Origin: Lytechinus pictus
Lineage: Eukaryota
NCBI RefSeq assembly: GCF_037042905.1
Contig: NC_087250.1
Location: forward strand, 11,100,001 to 11,164,000
Direction of reading: 5' to 3'
Length of the DNA stretch: 64,000 nucleotides
Shown: one piece after another, positions 13,667-26,660 of the stretch
Numbering within the stretch: position 1 is the first letter of the stretch
Layout of the letters: every line of letters starts with the position of its first letter
Notes under the pieces: model-generated
What the model saw: the letters and a program-made list of their open reading frames with translations, nothing else
Databases searched by the model: none
What the model was told of the DNA's origin: nothing
Made by a program: the position numbers and the translations under genes

Positions 13667-13817
13667 CCGATAGACCGCGGGTCCGATAGACCGCGGGTCC
13701 GATAGACCGCGGGTCCGTTAGACCGCGGGTCCGATAGACCGCGGGTCCGTTAGACCGCGGATCCGATAGACCGCAGGTCCGATAGTCCGCGGGTCCGATA
13801 GACCGCGGGTCCGATAG
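13667..13817 (+). repeat. 16-bp GC-rich minisatellite (CCGATAGACCGCGGGT) x9 plus a partial copy
   Basis: Exact 16-bp period from 13667 to 13811 with occasional single substitutions. Confidence 0.95.
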
Positions 13818-13842
13818 TACGCAGTGTGTGTAAAATTATGAT

Positions 13843-14005
13843 CAGGGGAGCGTTTCATCAATATTTTCATCCGACAAGTTGTCAGATCTGACATCTTTCC
13901 ATGATTTTGATTGGCAGAGAGGCACTGTTCCTATGGTAACTGTCAGATAAAATGGGACTTGTCGGATAAAGCGTCCGACAAGTCCTTTCATGAAACGCTC
14001 CCCTG
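13843..14005. mobile_element. Small MITE (Harbinger-like)
   Basis: TIR CAGGGGAGCGTTTCAT / ATGAAACGCTCCCCTG and internal TCCGACAAG repeats. No clean direct TSD. Confidence 0.75.
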
Positions 14006-14139
14006 ATATATCAAATGTCATCAAGAGGTCCATCGTCCAAAGGTCAAATGATACGAGGCCATGGGATTCTATCAGGTGCGGATCCATGGGGGGGGGGCGA
14101 GGGGGAACTGCCTCACCCCCCCCCCCCCCCACAGCTCAA

Positions 14140-14960
14140 AAAAGAGGGGGGAAGAGGGGAAAAGGGAGAGAATAAAAAAAGAAATAGGAAGATGGGAAAA
14201 TAAGAGAATAGAAAAGAGAGTAAGAAAGAGAAAGAAAGAGAAGAAAAAAAGAGGAAAAAAAAGGAAAGGAAAGACAAAGAAAAAAAGGGAGAAGAAAAGG
14301 GGAAAGAAGAGGGAAAAAGAGGAGGGAAAAGGAAGAGAAGAAAAGAAAGGAGAAAGGAAAAGGAGGAAAAAAGAAGAAAAAAAGAGGAAGGAAGAGAAGA
14401 ATATTTAGATAGAGAGGAAGATGGGAAGAAAGAAAAACAAAAGAGAGAGAGAGGAAGAGGGGAAAAGAAGAGAAGAAAGAGAGAGAGGGAGGAAGGGGAG
14501 GGAGAGAAGAAAAAAAGATTAAAAGATAAAAAAGGGGGAAAGGAAAGAACAAGAAAAAGGGAGAAGTAAATGGGGAAAGAGAAAAAGTGGAAGAAGGAAA
14601 AGAAAGAAAAGAAAAGAACGGAACAAGGAAAAGGGGGAAAAGAAGAAGAAGAAGAAAAAGAGGAAGGAAGAAAATAATATTTAAAGAGAGAGGAAGATGG
14701 GAAGAAAGACAATAAAAGAGAGAGAGGGGGGGAAATAGAGAAAAAGAGAGAGTAAGGGGGAAGAGAGGAAAAACGAGAAAAAAGAGAGGAAAAGAGTGAA
14801 CGAAAAGACATAAAAAAAAGAAAAGAAAAGGGGGAAAGAAAAGATGGGGGAAAAAAGAAGAAAAGGGGGAGAGAAAGAGAAAAAGAAAGAGGAAGACAGG
14901 AAGGGGAATGAGGATAAAAGAAAGAAGAAAAAGAAAATGAGATGGGAAACGGAAGAGGGA
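14140..14960 (+). repeat. Purine-rich (A/G) low-complexity tract
   Basis: Almost exclusively A/G. It generates the spurious K/E/R-rich and F/S/L-rich ORFs. Confidence 0.95.
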
Positions 14961-17742
14961 GATGTTGACCTGGACGTCAATTTGATGGCGCCAAAATGAC
15001 GTTCGAACTATGGGGCGCCGAATTGATGTTCGATCTAGCGGGGCACCAAATTGTTGTTCGAACTAGGGGAGCGCTAATTTGAATTTTGACCATAATGCGA
15101 CAAATACATGTTTCAGAGAGGGGGAGGGAAGGCTAATTTATTTTTCACATGGGGGCGCCAAGTTTATGTTCAACCGAGGGCGCCAAATTGACCTTGAACA
15201 TAGAGGGCTTCATGCAAATTCATTTTCGACCGGGGGCGCAAAATTGCTCGTATTGCCTGTTTATAGTGGAATAGATGTCCTGCCCCAAAAAACTTAAATT
15301 AATGCGGCTAAACTAAGATATCCCGTTTTTACGACAACAGAAAAAAAAAAAATGTTTTCGAGTTTTGAGTCTGTTAAGCGAGATAGATACCCTGTTCAGG
15401 GTCACAAAAAAGGGTTATTATCAAATTCAGCTCGCGCTACGCGCTCGCAATATTTAATTAATAAGGTATGCATCCTCTGCTTCAATACCACATGTAAGTG
15501 TTAGTGTTTTTCAAGTAAACATACATAGGCCGATCCAGGGGGCAAAGATTTTGCCCTCCCCCCCCCCCCCCCCCCCATGCTGGCGCATAAAAGGGGTAAG
15601 AAACAGAAAAAAGGAAGAGAAAAAGGACAAGCAATTAGAATAGGAATGATAGTCCTTCTTAAGTCAGTACAAAAAAAAATTGAGCTCGCGCTTCGCGCTG
15701 GCATCAATAAATTGTTGAGTTATATACGCATCCCGACCTTACAATTTTTTATGCGAACAAGAAGCACAAGCTGAAAATATTTGATATTCTAACCTGACAA
15801 CTTACTGAAAATGTATTTTTCATTTCATCATTATAACAGTTTTCAGCTACCGCTTCGCGGTCGCATTCATTTCTTAATAGATATGCATCGTGTTTATCAT
15901 AACAACTACTAACATAGGCGGATCGAGGCGGCCCGAGGGCAACCTCCCCCCTATTGACAGAGCAAATAAATTGTGACAAAACGGGGAAAGAAAAAAAAGG
16001 AGGAAAGAAAGGAAAAAAAGAAGACGAAACATAAAAGGAGGAAGACGAGTGAATAAAATAAGGTCAGGAAAAGACTTGGAAAACAATCAATTTTTAAAAA
16101 TATTTAATGTCACTATATCAAAGTTTCGCTCGCGCATCGCCTGCTCGATGAGATACATATCTTGCTCAATAGGCTGATATTTAGTTTAAAATATCAAGTT
16201 TTGATATCAATATACAAAACATAATTTAGGTCGGACATCGATCTTTCATTATTTTGTTTTATTTACCAATTTATGTTTTTAAGTGCTCTGGAAAATGTCC
16301 GTTTTATGGTTTGAATCAACATTTGCAACCTTTTTTGTGCGCTCGCACTATTTGCCAAGTAGGCCTACTAATTGTTTTTTTATATTTCATATAAGATTCT
16401 CTAAATATACCTTTTCAGGTGTCTCGATTGTAAAAAAAAAAATAATAAAGGCCTATGAGCAAGCGCTGTGCGCTCGCATTTTGATTAGTGAGTTATGTAT
16501 ACCTATATATTGATTATATAACAAACTACTTAAATCCCCCCATTAAAAAATCCGGATCGCGATTTGCGCTCGCATTATTTGCTAAAAATATATCAACTAA
16601 TGAATCCTATTCATGATTACAAAAATACTTAAAATATCCAGTTTTCAGGCTTCATGCACTGTCAACAAATTTCACACACTCATTAGGCTTAACGGATTAA
16701 TAAATATGAAATAAAATTTGTATAAATTCATAATAACTAAATTGTCCCTTTTTCAGAAATAAATATCAACAAGTTTTAGAAAAAGAAAGAGAAGATAGTC
16801 ATCATTCTTATATGATGACAAAATGTCCTTAGGCCTAAAATTTCTCGATCCTAGGTCAAATAAATAATAAAATATCAGCTCGCGCTTCGCGCTCTCATTA
16901 TTTATATAGTGCTTTCAAATTTCCGTATATACACAGTGCTGTAAACAGTGCTTAAATTGATTATTTTCATATCGGAATTTCAAATATTATTTTCAGCTCG
17001 GGCTCTGCGCTCGCATTATTGATTTTTATGATGAAGAATGAAATGTATTCAGATTGCCAGGATTCTGTCTAACTCTAAAACACGCGCACGCATGTTTTTT
17101 GAGATACAAAGCTTGATCTTATTCAAAACGTGCTAAAATTATCCAGTTTCGAATCAGAATATCAAAAATTTTCTGCTCGCGCTTTGCGCTCGCATTATTA
17201 TTGTAGGAAGATACCAAAAATTACCCATCCTTTTTCATGATTGACAAACATGAATCGAATGTCCCATTTGGGGATTTGAAATTGCATCATTTTAGGTTGG
17301 AATATCAAAAATTTTCAGCTCGCGCTTCGCGCTCGCATTATTTAATCGTTGAAATATGTATTGTCTAAATGGCTAACTGCAAAACATCCTTAACAGGTCC
17401 CTTTTCGACCAGGCCAGCAGGGACCTGAGAAGCGGGGGTGCTGGGGGTGCTGCGTGTATTATTTTCTATAGGCAGCACCCCCACGGAATCAGGTTCCCCC
17501 TGTATTTTTTTAAATATGTTATAATGTACATAATTATCACATCCGACAATCGCAAATCATTTACATAGTCGTTCACATATTCCAATAACATCCCTCCTAT
17601 AACGGGACTCAATCAAGCTCCTACGGGGCAGCACTCCGATACAGACGTGGTCGCGCGCAATACGTGATAACCATACACACTCTTCGATAGCAGTGAGGAC
17701 ATGGGGTGGTTGGATTTGAAACTTCCAGGTTTTATGTCGAAT

Positions 17743-17764
17743 CATGGACCTATATAGGTCCATG
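17743..17764. mobile_element. 22-bp perfect palindrome with 7-bp flanking direct repeat (TIR-only mini-element, P-superfamily-like)
   Basis: GTCGAAT | CATGGACCTATATAGGTCCATG | GTCGAAT. Confidence 0.65.
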
Positions 17765-20700
17765 GTCGAATCAAGTGAGCGCGCCCTACCGCCCGTGTAT
17801 TGTATACAAAAATTACAGGTCAGACAATATAAATCAAATTTCACAGTCTTTTTTGCCCTGCCCCATGGTCCTACGGGCTGGGAAGCGGGGGTGCTGGGGG
17901 TGAAGCACCCCCAAAATTTGGGGGTGCTGCGTGTGTCATTGTCCATAGGCAGCGCACCTCCTAGAAATGTAGTAGTAGGTATGATAAATGACAGAAATGT
18001 AATGAAAATGAACAAAGTTTTGAAGACCCCCCCCCCCCCACTTCAGAATTTTCCGACACATTACTTGAAATAGTGTTTAAATTTACCCTCTTTCAGATCG
18101 GAATATCAAATATTTTCTGCTCGCACTTCGCGCTCGCATTATTGATTTTTATAATAAAAAACGTATTTAGAATGCCCAGATACTAGGTCTAACTCTAAAC
18201 ACGTGCACGCATGTTTATTCAGATACGCAGCTTGATTTGGGGGGGGGGGAATCCGGGCAGAAAATATTTATATCAAATACATTTTATCAAAATAAATAAA
18301 TGTTATCAAAATCTGATAACGATTAGTTAAGTTATTGAACTCTAAAGTTTAGCAATATTTTATGAAAATGGTGATATGCATGTCGTCACATCCCCACTAT
18401 CCTAGCTGTTCCTTGTGGAATCAAAGTTGTTTCATTTTTTTTTCAAACCAGAATGAATGATATGTCTCCCTTATAATGAAATAAGTTGCAGCAAAGAATA
18501 TATAATGGACTAAATCAATTGTCAATTCAACTGTTTTGGTTCTTGAAAGGAAAACATTGAATAAACCTAATTTTATATAATAAAATACAAAAGAACAAGT
18601 GGGGAATAATGCTAATCTTTAGAATGCAATAACTGTGATATTCCTTGTCTGATTTTGATCAAATCTTTATTCTTATGTTCGTCTGAATTTTCTTTATCTG
18701 TTCAAACCATTTTATATTCAGTGTGGAGTTTCAGATCAGAATATCAAAAATTTTCTGCTCGCGCTTCGCGCTCACATTATTAATTTAATAATATATCCAA
18801 TTACCCATTTTCTTGATTTACAAAACATGAATAGAATGTCCCGTTTTCAGGTCCAAAATCTCAATTTTGTTTCCGCTCGCATCAATTGTATACTTATATA
18901 CCTATCCTGTTCATGATTAGAAAAGTGCATATTTTAAGATGTCTCGTTTTTAGGTTTGAAATCTCATTTTTATTTCCGCTCGCGCTTTGCGCTCGCATCA
19001 ATTGTATAGTTTTATACCGATCCTCATCATGATTAGAAAAATACTTAGAATCTCTCGTTTTTTTGGTTTGAAATCTCAATTTTGTTTCCGCTCGCGCTTC
19101 GCGCTCGCATCAATAGTATATACCTATCCTGTTCATAATTAAAAAAACGTGCTTAGAATGTCCAGTATTTAGGTCGGAATGTCAAATTCTTCAGCTCGCG
19201 CTTCGCGTTCTCATTATTTATTTAGGCCTTGTGAGATACCTCAATTTATTTTTAAGAATGAAATTTCAGATTTTCTTTGACGTCAACCCCCCCCCCCCCC
19301 CCATTTCATTAATTTTTTGTTTAACTTGGTGCGCTTGCCATCCCCCTACCCCCCGTGCACCCATGTTGAATAAATACGCCACTGATGAGGAGAATTAGTC
19401 GATTGCTTCGAGATTACATTATTCCCAAGAGGTAATCATTAATATTATTGAAGGGTACTGTTTCTGATGAGACCCGCCCAAGCGTCGCTTGAATGCGTTC
19501 GAGTTCAAATAGACAAATTTACACTAATAATTTATAATAACAACAGGGGTAAAGTAGGGATGTCATTTAAACAATAAACATGCAGATACCGTCTTTTCTA
19601 CTGCAGGGTATCATTCACGTACAGAGTACAGGAGTGTGACGTTATCATTTTTGCATCTCAGCATTTTTGAAACCATATTGTTTTTGTAGAGCACGATGAA
19701 ATACCCCCACTACCGAAATGTAGGTGGGAATTGGTCTATGGGGGCCTGAGACACGACCTCGTGAATACATAATTAGCACCAGGAACCAGGCCAATGATAC
19801 TTCAATTGGCTAATTATGTATCTTAGAATTTTCTTCATTCTTTCCCCCTTCTGGCAAGCATTTTTTTAATTATCAAACATTATATTAGCAATGTCTGTCC
19901 ACTTTTTCTCCCTACTTAAGCATCCAATGCAGAATTACCCAGAGAGGTTGAGTGTTTGCTTTGCTTGTACCGGATCGGTATAACCAATTAGGAATTGCTT
20001 GTCATTACAAAGAAAATCAATTTTTACTAAGAATTAAATATAAATGATAACAAAGCTATTTTATGCTTGGGAAGGCATGTACATGTCGTTGCACTAAATT
20101 GTGGCATACGCCTATACTTTCTCGTGATCTAATTGGTCTGTTTCAGGGTTTTTGAGGACAAATACAAGCATTCATGCACATACTTCATCTTAGTATGTTA
20201 TATATTTTTTAATCAGCTGCTCACAAAGTGAACGATACTCACTTTACATTGAGTCTTGACGTCAGTTCTTAAGAGCCGTATTCCCGTATACAACTGCATG
20301 CATATATGGTGTATGTTCATATATATTCATCTTTCTCGCAAGAGGGAGTGGGGCGAAAAGATCGCCAATTTCTGTCTCTCTCTTGTACTGTTTTCAGTAA
20401 CTCATGATTTTTGGTCCGCACCAGGCTCGCACCAAAATAATCCGAACCACACAATAAAAATTGCGTTCATTAACTATAGCAGATTCGTGCTACTTTTACG
20501 ATCACCCGTTAAAAAAAGAAGAAAAAATTTGGGCACGCGGTCCTGGCGATGGTCTGGTGGTGATAGAAGCAGCGCTAACATAGCCCGGGTCTGGTGCTGA
20601 CTATTTTAGCCGGCGTCATTCAGAAACTCAACTTTTTAAGACATAGCCCGGAGCTGGTACGGATCTGCGAGTTACTGGAAACAGCTTTAATCGCCCTACG

Positions 20701-23700
20701 ATAATCGCCACTAGTTACCTTGCATGTCGTAACTATGGCCTCGACAGCAGAGGGCAAAATGTAGGTATAAGGTGGGCCGATGAGTTTAGCTCTTACCGTC
20801 TTTTCAACAATAATTCTCTCGCTCAAATAATATCAAAAATATTGAATTCAATTTCATTCGACATTATAACTGGAATAATATTAACATAATTCAGAATCAC
20901 ACTGATGCCTTAAATAGCGAGCCAGCACCGGTACAATGAACATCTGTATTGTAGATGAGGAATACGGTTAACATTCTAAAATAACATAATGCATTTAATT
21001 TAAGCTAAGTAATGCAAATCAAGTATGATTTAAAAATATACATTTATTTAACGTACTTTTTTGTTCACATTTGTCACAAATCAAGTCTTTATAAGCACTC
21101 GAAATTGACTTCTACAAGGCAAACTGAAGAACATCTATCCCCGAAGTGTTTAGATTAATTGAAATGCATAAATCAGTCGTAAATACAAAAATGGTGAATT
21201 GACTAATGAAATACATTTGTAACCTGCAAATTCTCAACCATCGAGTAGTCTTACATGATTTTTCAAAGATTATTAAAGACGTTTCACTTGATCTGATGTA
21301 AGAAGAATTAAGTGATTGCTTCAAAAATTGCAGAATGGAACAACTTATGAAGTTCGTGGGTTCCTTTACGACTAAAATGTGCAGGTACACTGTGCAATCT
21401 CGATGAAACTTCCAAGCAATCCGGAAATATAGGTGTAAAAGAAACACTTGTCTTTACTTTATCCAAAACTTTACAATTTGAAATTTTGACAATTCATAGA
21501 TGAAGAACAACTCTTTCCTTTACAGCTAGATTGCCTACTTTAAATTTTCGAAGGCTATTTCGGTTATTTAAAAAGAAAACCTTTCCTGCGACTAATTGGT
21601 GGTTCTTGGTATGGTTTGTCACCTTTGCAACTGCATACATGACCACGTCCTATGATGTACATGTACATGATATATGACGAAAAGTAAACGTAGTGCAATC
21701 ATGAATTCTATACAAGATACTTGCCTCTGTGAGTAAATATCGGTGCAAAAATGATCTATACAAAAACTCATAAGTCATAAGTCCGTACATTACTTTTAAT
21801 TCGCCTTAATTTACATGATTAAGCATATTGCCTACCTTGAAATCGTGGTTCTAAAAGCAGTCTAAAATGGCGACAGAAGCTTCCTTGTTTGGGATCACAA
21901 CTCATGAAAAAAAACCCCTCTACAATACAATGCAAGCATTCCTACATACTGGCAACGACGGGTAATGTTTCTTTTGAAAACCCGCCCAAGCGTCGCTTGA
22001 ATGCGTTTGAGTTCAAATAGACAATTTTTTTATAATAATTTATAATAATAACAGGGGTAAAGTAGGGATGTCATTTAAACAAAAAACATGCAGATACCGT
22101 TTATTCTACTGCAGGGTATCATTGACGTACAGAGTACAGGAGTGTGACGTTATCATGTTTGCATCTCAGCATTTTTGAAACCATATTGTTTTTGTAGAGC
22201 ATGATGAAATACCCCCACTGCCGAAATGAAGGTGGGAATCGGTCCATGGGGGCCTGAGACATGACCTCATGAATAAATAATTAGCCCCATGAACCAGGCC
22301 AATGACAATTTGACTTCAATTGGCTAATTATGCATTTTAGGATTTTCCTCATTCTTTCCCCCTTCTGCCAAGCATTTTTTTAATTATCAAACATTATATT
22401 AGCAATGTCTGTCCACTTTTCCTCCCTACTTAAGCGTCCCATGAAGAATTACCCTGAGAGGTTGAGTGTTTGCTTTGCTTGTACCGGATCAGTATAACCA
22501 ATTAGGAATTGCTTGTCATTACAAAGAAAAGCCATTTTTACTAAGAATTAAATATAAAAGATAACAAACTTAGTTTATGCTTGGGGAGGCATGTACATAT
22601 TGTTGCATTAAATTGTGGCATACGCCTATACTTTCTCGTGATCTAATTGGTCTGTTTCAGGGTTTTTGAGGACAAATACAAGCATTCATAGACATACTTC
22701 ATCCTAGTATGTTATATATTTTTAAATCAGCTGCTCACAAAGTGAAACGATACTCACTTTACATTGAGTCTTGACGTCAGTTCTTAGGAGCCGTATTCCC
22801 GTATACAACTGCATGCATATATGGTGTATGTTCATATATATTCATCTTTCTCGCAAGAGGGAGTGGGGCGAAAAGATCGCCAATTTCTGTCTCTCTCTTG
22901 TACTGTTTGCAGTAACTCATGATTTTTGGTCCGCACCAGGCTCGCACCAAAATAATCCGAACCACACAATAAAAATTGCGTTCATTAACTATAGCAGATT
23001 CGTGCTACTTTTACGATCACCAATTAAAAAAAAAAAATTGGGCACGCGGTCCTGGCGATGGTCTGGTGGTGATAGAAGCAGCGCTAACATAGCCCGGGTC
23101 TGGTGCTGACTATTTTAGCCGGCGTCATTCAGAAACTCAACTTTTTAAGACATAGCCCGGAGCTGGTACGGATCTGCGAGTTACTGGAAACAGTTTTAAT
23201 CGCCCTACGATAATCGCCACTAGTTTCCTTGCATGTCGTAACTATGGCCTCGACAGCAGAGGGCAAAATGTAGGTATAAGGTGGGCCGATGAGTTTAGCT
23301 CTTACCGTCTTTTCAACAATAATTCTCTCGCTCAAATAATATCAAAAATATTGAATTCAATTTCATTCGACATTATAACTGGAATAATATTAACATAATT
23401 CAGAATCACACTGATGCCTTAAATAGCGAGCCAGCACCGGTACAATGAACATCTGTATTGTAGATGAGGAATACGGTTAACATTCTAAAATAACATAATG
23501 CATTTAATTTAAGCTAAGTAATGCAAATCAAGTATGATTTAAACATATATATTTATTTAACATACTTTTTTGTTCACATTTGTCACAAATCAAGTCATTA
23601 TAAGCACTCGAAATTGATTTCTACAAGGCAAACTGAAGAACATCTATCCCCGAAGTGTTTAGATTAATTGAAATGCATAAATCAGTCGTAAATACAAAAA

Positions 23701-26591
23701 TGGTGAATTGACTAATGAAATACATTTGTAACCTGCAAATTCTCAACCATCGAGTAGTCTTACATGATTTTTCAAAGATTATTAAGGACGTTTCACTTGA
23801 TCTGATGTAAGAAGAATTCAGTGATTGCTTCAAAAATTGCAGGATGGAACAACTTATGAAGTTCGTGGGTTCCTTTACGACTAAAATGTGCAGGTACACT
23901 GTGCAATCTCGATGAAACTTCCAAGCAATCCGGAAATATAGGTGTAAAAGAAACACTTGTCTTTACTTCATCCAAAACTTTACAATTTGAAATTTTGACA
24001 ATTCATAGATGAAGAACTACTCTTTCCTTTACAGCTAGATTGCCTACTTTAAATTTTCGAAGGCTATTTCGGTTATTTAAAAAGAAAACCTTTCCTGCGA
24101 CTAATTGAAGGTTCTTTGTATGGTTTGTCACCTTTGCAACTGCATACATGACCACGTCCTATGATGTACATGTACATGATATATGACGTAAAGTAAACGT
24201 AGTGCAATCATGAATTCTATACAAGATACTTGCCTCTGTGAGTAAATATCGGTGCAAAAATGATCTATACAAAAACTCATAAGTCATAAGTCCGTACATT
24301 ACTTTTAATTCGCCTTAATTTACATGATTAAGCATATTGCCTACCTTGAAATCGTGGTTCTAAAAGCAGTCTAAAATGGCGACAGAAGCTTCCTTGTTTG
24401 GGATCACAACTCATGAAAAAAAACCCCTCTACAATACAATGCAAGCATTCCTACATACTGGCAACGACGGGTAATGTTTCTTTTGAAAACCCGCCCAAGC
24501 GTCGCTTGAATGCGTTCGAGTTCAAATAGACATTTTTTTTATAATAATTTATAATAATAACAGGGGTAAAGTAGGGATGTCATTTAAACAAAAAACATGC
24601 AGATACCGTTTATTCTACTGCAGGGTATCATTGACGTACAGAGTACAGGAGTGTGACGTTATCATGTTTGCATCTCAGCATTTTTGAAACCATATTGTTT
24701 TGGAAAGCATGATGAAATACCCCCACTACCGAAATGTAGGTGGGAATCGGTCCATGGGGGCCTGAGACATGACCTCATGAATAAATAATTAGCCCCATGA
24801 ACCAGGCCAATGACAATTTGACTTCAATTGGCTAATTATGCATTTTAGGATTTTCCTCATTCTTTCCCCCTTCTGCCAAGCATTTTTTTAATTATCAAAC
24901 ATTATATTAGCAATGTCTGTCCACTTTTCCTCCCTACTTAAGCGTCCCATGAAGAATTACCCTGAGAGGTTGAGTGTTTGCTTTGCTTGTACCGGATCAG
25001 TATAACCAATTAGGAATTGCTTGTCATTACAAAGAAAAGCCATTTTTACTAAGAATTAAATATAAATGATAACAAACTTAGTTTATGCTTGGGGAGGCAT
25101 GTACATATTGTTGCATTAAATTGTGGCATACGCCTATACTTTCTCGTGATCTAATTGGTCTGTTTCAGGGTTTTTGAGGACAAATACAAGCATTCATAGA
25201 CATACTTCATCCTAGTATGTTATATATTTTTAAATCAGCTGCTCACAAAGTGAAACGATACTCACTTTACATTGAGTCTTGACGTCAGTTCTTAGGAGCC
25301 GTATTCCCGTATACAACTGCATGCATATATGGTGTATGTTCATACATCATATATATTCATCTTTCTCGCAAGAGGGAGTGGGGCGAAAAGATCGCCAATT
25401 TCTGTCTCTCTCTTGTACTGTTTTCAGTAACTCTTGATTTTTGGTCCACACCAGGCTCGCACCAAAATAATCCTAACCACACAATAAAAATTGCGTTCAT
25501 TAACTATAGCAGATTCGTGCTACTTTTACGATCACCCATTAAAAAAAAAAAAATTGGGCACGCGGTCCTGGCGATGGTCTGGTGGTGAAAGAAACAGCGC
25601 TAACATAGCCCGGGTCTGGTGCTGACTATTTTAGCCGGCGTCATTCAGAAACTCAACTTTTTAAGACATAGCTCGGAGCTGGTACGGATCTGCGAGTTAC
25701 TGGAAACACTTTTAATCGCCCTACGATAATCGCCACTAGTTTCCTTGCATGTCGTAACTATGGCCTCGACAGCAGAGGGCTAAATATAGGTATAAGGTAG
25801 GCCGATGAGTTAAGCTCTTATCGTCTTTTCAACAATTGTCTCGCTCAAATAATAATAAAAAAATATTGAATTCAATTTCATTCGACAATATAACTTGTAT
25901 AATATTAACATAATTTAGAATCACACTGATACCTTCAATAGCGAGCCAGCACCTGTACAATGAACACTTGTCTTGTAGATGAGGAATGCGGTTAACATTC
26001 TAAAATAACATAACACGCATAATGCATTTAATTTAAGATCAGTAATGGAAATCAAGTATAATTTTTTTTTAATATACATTTATTTAACATACTTTTTGTG
26101 TCACATTTGTCACAAATCAAGTCATTATAAGCACTCAAAATTGACTTCTACAAGGCAAACTTAAGAACATCTACCCCCCAAAGTGTTTCGATTAATTGAA
26201 ATAAATAAATCACTCGTTATTACAAAAATGGTGAATTGACTAATGAAATACATTTGTAACCTGCAAATTTTAAAAAAACAACGAGTAGTCCCACATGATT
26301 TTTTAAAGATTATTAATGACATTTCACTTGATCAGATGTAATATAAATTAAGTGAAAGGTTCAAAAATTGCAGGATAGAACATCGTGGGTTCCTTTACGA
26401 CTAAAATGTGCAGGTACATTGTGCAATCTCGATGAAGCTTCCAAGCAATCCGGAAATATAGGTGTAAAAGAAAGACTTATGTCTTCACTTTATCTAAAAC
26501 TTTACAATTTGAAATTCATAGAAGAAGAACTACTCTTTCAAATAGAGCTAGATTGCATACTTTAAATTTTCGAAGGCCATCTCGGTTATTT

Positions 26592-26660
26592 AATAATAAT
26601 AATAATAATAATTAGACTTATATCGCGCCAAATCCACTCTGTGGAGTGCTCAAGGCGCTT
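26592..26660 (-). mobile_element. 3'-tail-only L2-type LINE/SINE fragment inserted in array copy 3
   Basis: Minus strand reads AGCGCCTTGAGCACTCCACAGAGTGGATTTGGCGCGATATAAGTCTAA(TTA)n. Absent from the other copies. Confidence 0.6.

Larger units (their letters stand above)
14073..19384. mobile_element. Cluster of nested or fragmented hAT-like non-autonomous elements with GCTCGCGCTTCGCGCTCGCA subrepeats
   Basis: Terminus-like motifs CAGGTGCGGATCC (14073), TAGGCCGATCC (~15526), TAGGCGGATC (~15915) and TACGCCACTG (ending 19384). More than 10 copies of the GCTCGCGCTTCGCGCTCGCA motif at 15.4-19.2 kb. Poly-G/C runs. Confidence 0.6.

Noticed and set aside
13667..13817. Possible CRISPR array
   Set aside because: The units are contiguous with no unique spacers, there are no cas genes, and the context is eukaryotic.
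14061..14980. Long K/E/R-rich and F/S/L-rich ORFs (also 26802-27607 and 36995-37366)
   Set aside because: They are artefacts of purine-rich or poly-A low-complexity tracts inside MITEs.
17557..18073. Overlapping 65-152-aa ORFs
   Set aside because: They lie within repeat-derived sequence, span the 22-bp palindromic insertion and show no recognisable protein motif.
19495..19510. GTTCGAGTTC as a Pol III B box or tRNA gene in each unit
   Set aside because: It does not fit GTTCRANNC, has no properly spaced A box and forms no cloverleaf.
20403..20435. Sm-site-like GATTTTTGG followed by a small hairpin (snRNA or SL RNA idea)
   Set aside because: There is no recognisable snRNA/SL 5' domain. The hairpin is inconsistent across copies, and the region looks like a decayed inverted-repeat MITE.
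20256..20826. Repeated ORFs 20256..20600 (+) and 20620..20826 (-) in the array unit
   Set aside because: They have non-ATG starts, the plus-strand one crosses a variable poly-A run, and both are disrupted in other copies. Their recurrence reflects DNA duplication, not coding constraint.
21112..21447. 111-aa minus-strand ORF repeated at 23621-23956 and 40432-40743
   Set aside because: It is retained only in the near-identical copies and broken by indels in copies 3-5. It has a non-ATG start and no recognisable domain.
19454..21960. Array unit as a Helitron or LTR element
   Set aside because: I could not find a consistent 5'-TC / hairpin-CTRR-3' end, LTR TG..CA ends, a PBS or coding remnants. 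This is not excluded, just unsupported.
21867..21965. Plus-strand micro-ORF MATEASLFGITTHEKKPLYNTMQAFLHTGNDG with strong Kozak context
   Set aside because: The A-rich run is 8 nt in copies 1-2 but 9 nt in copies 3-6, which shifts the frame. The ATG is mutated in copy 3 and deleted in copy 5.
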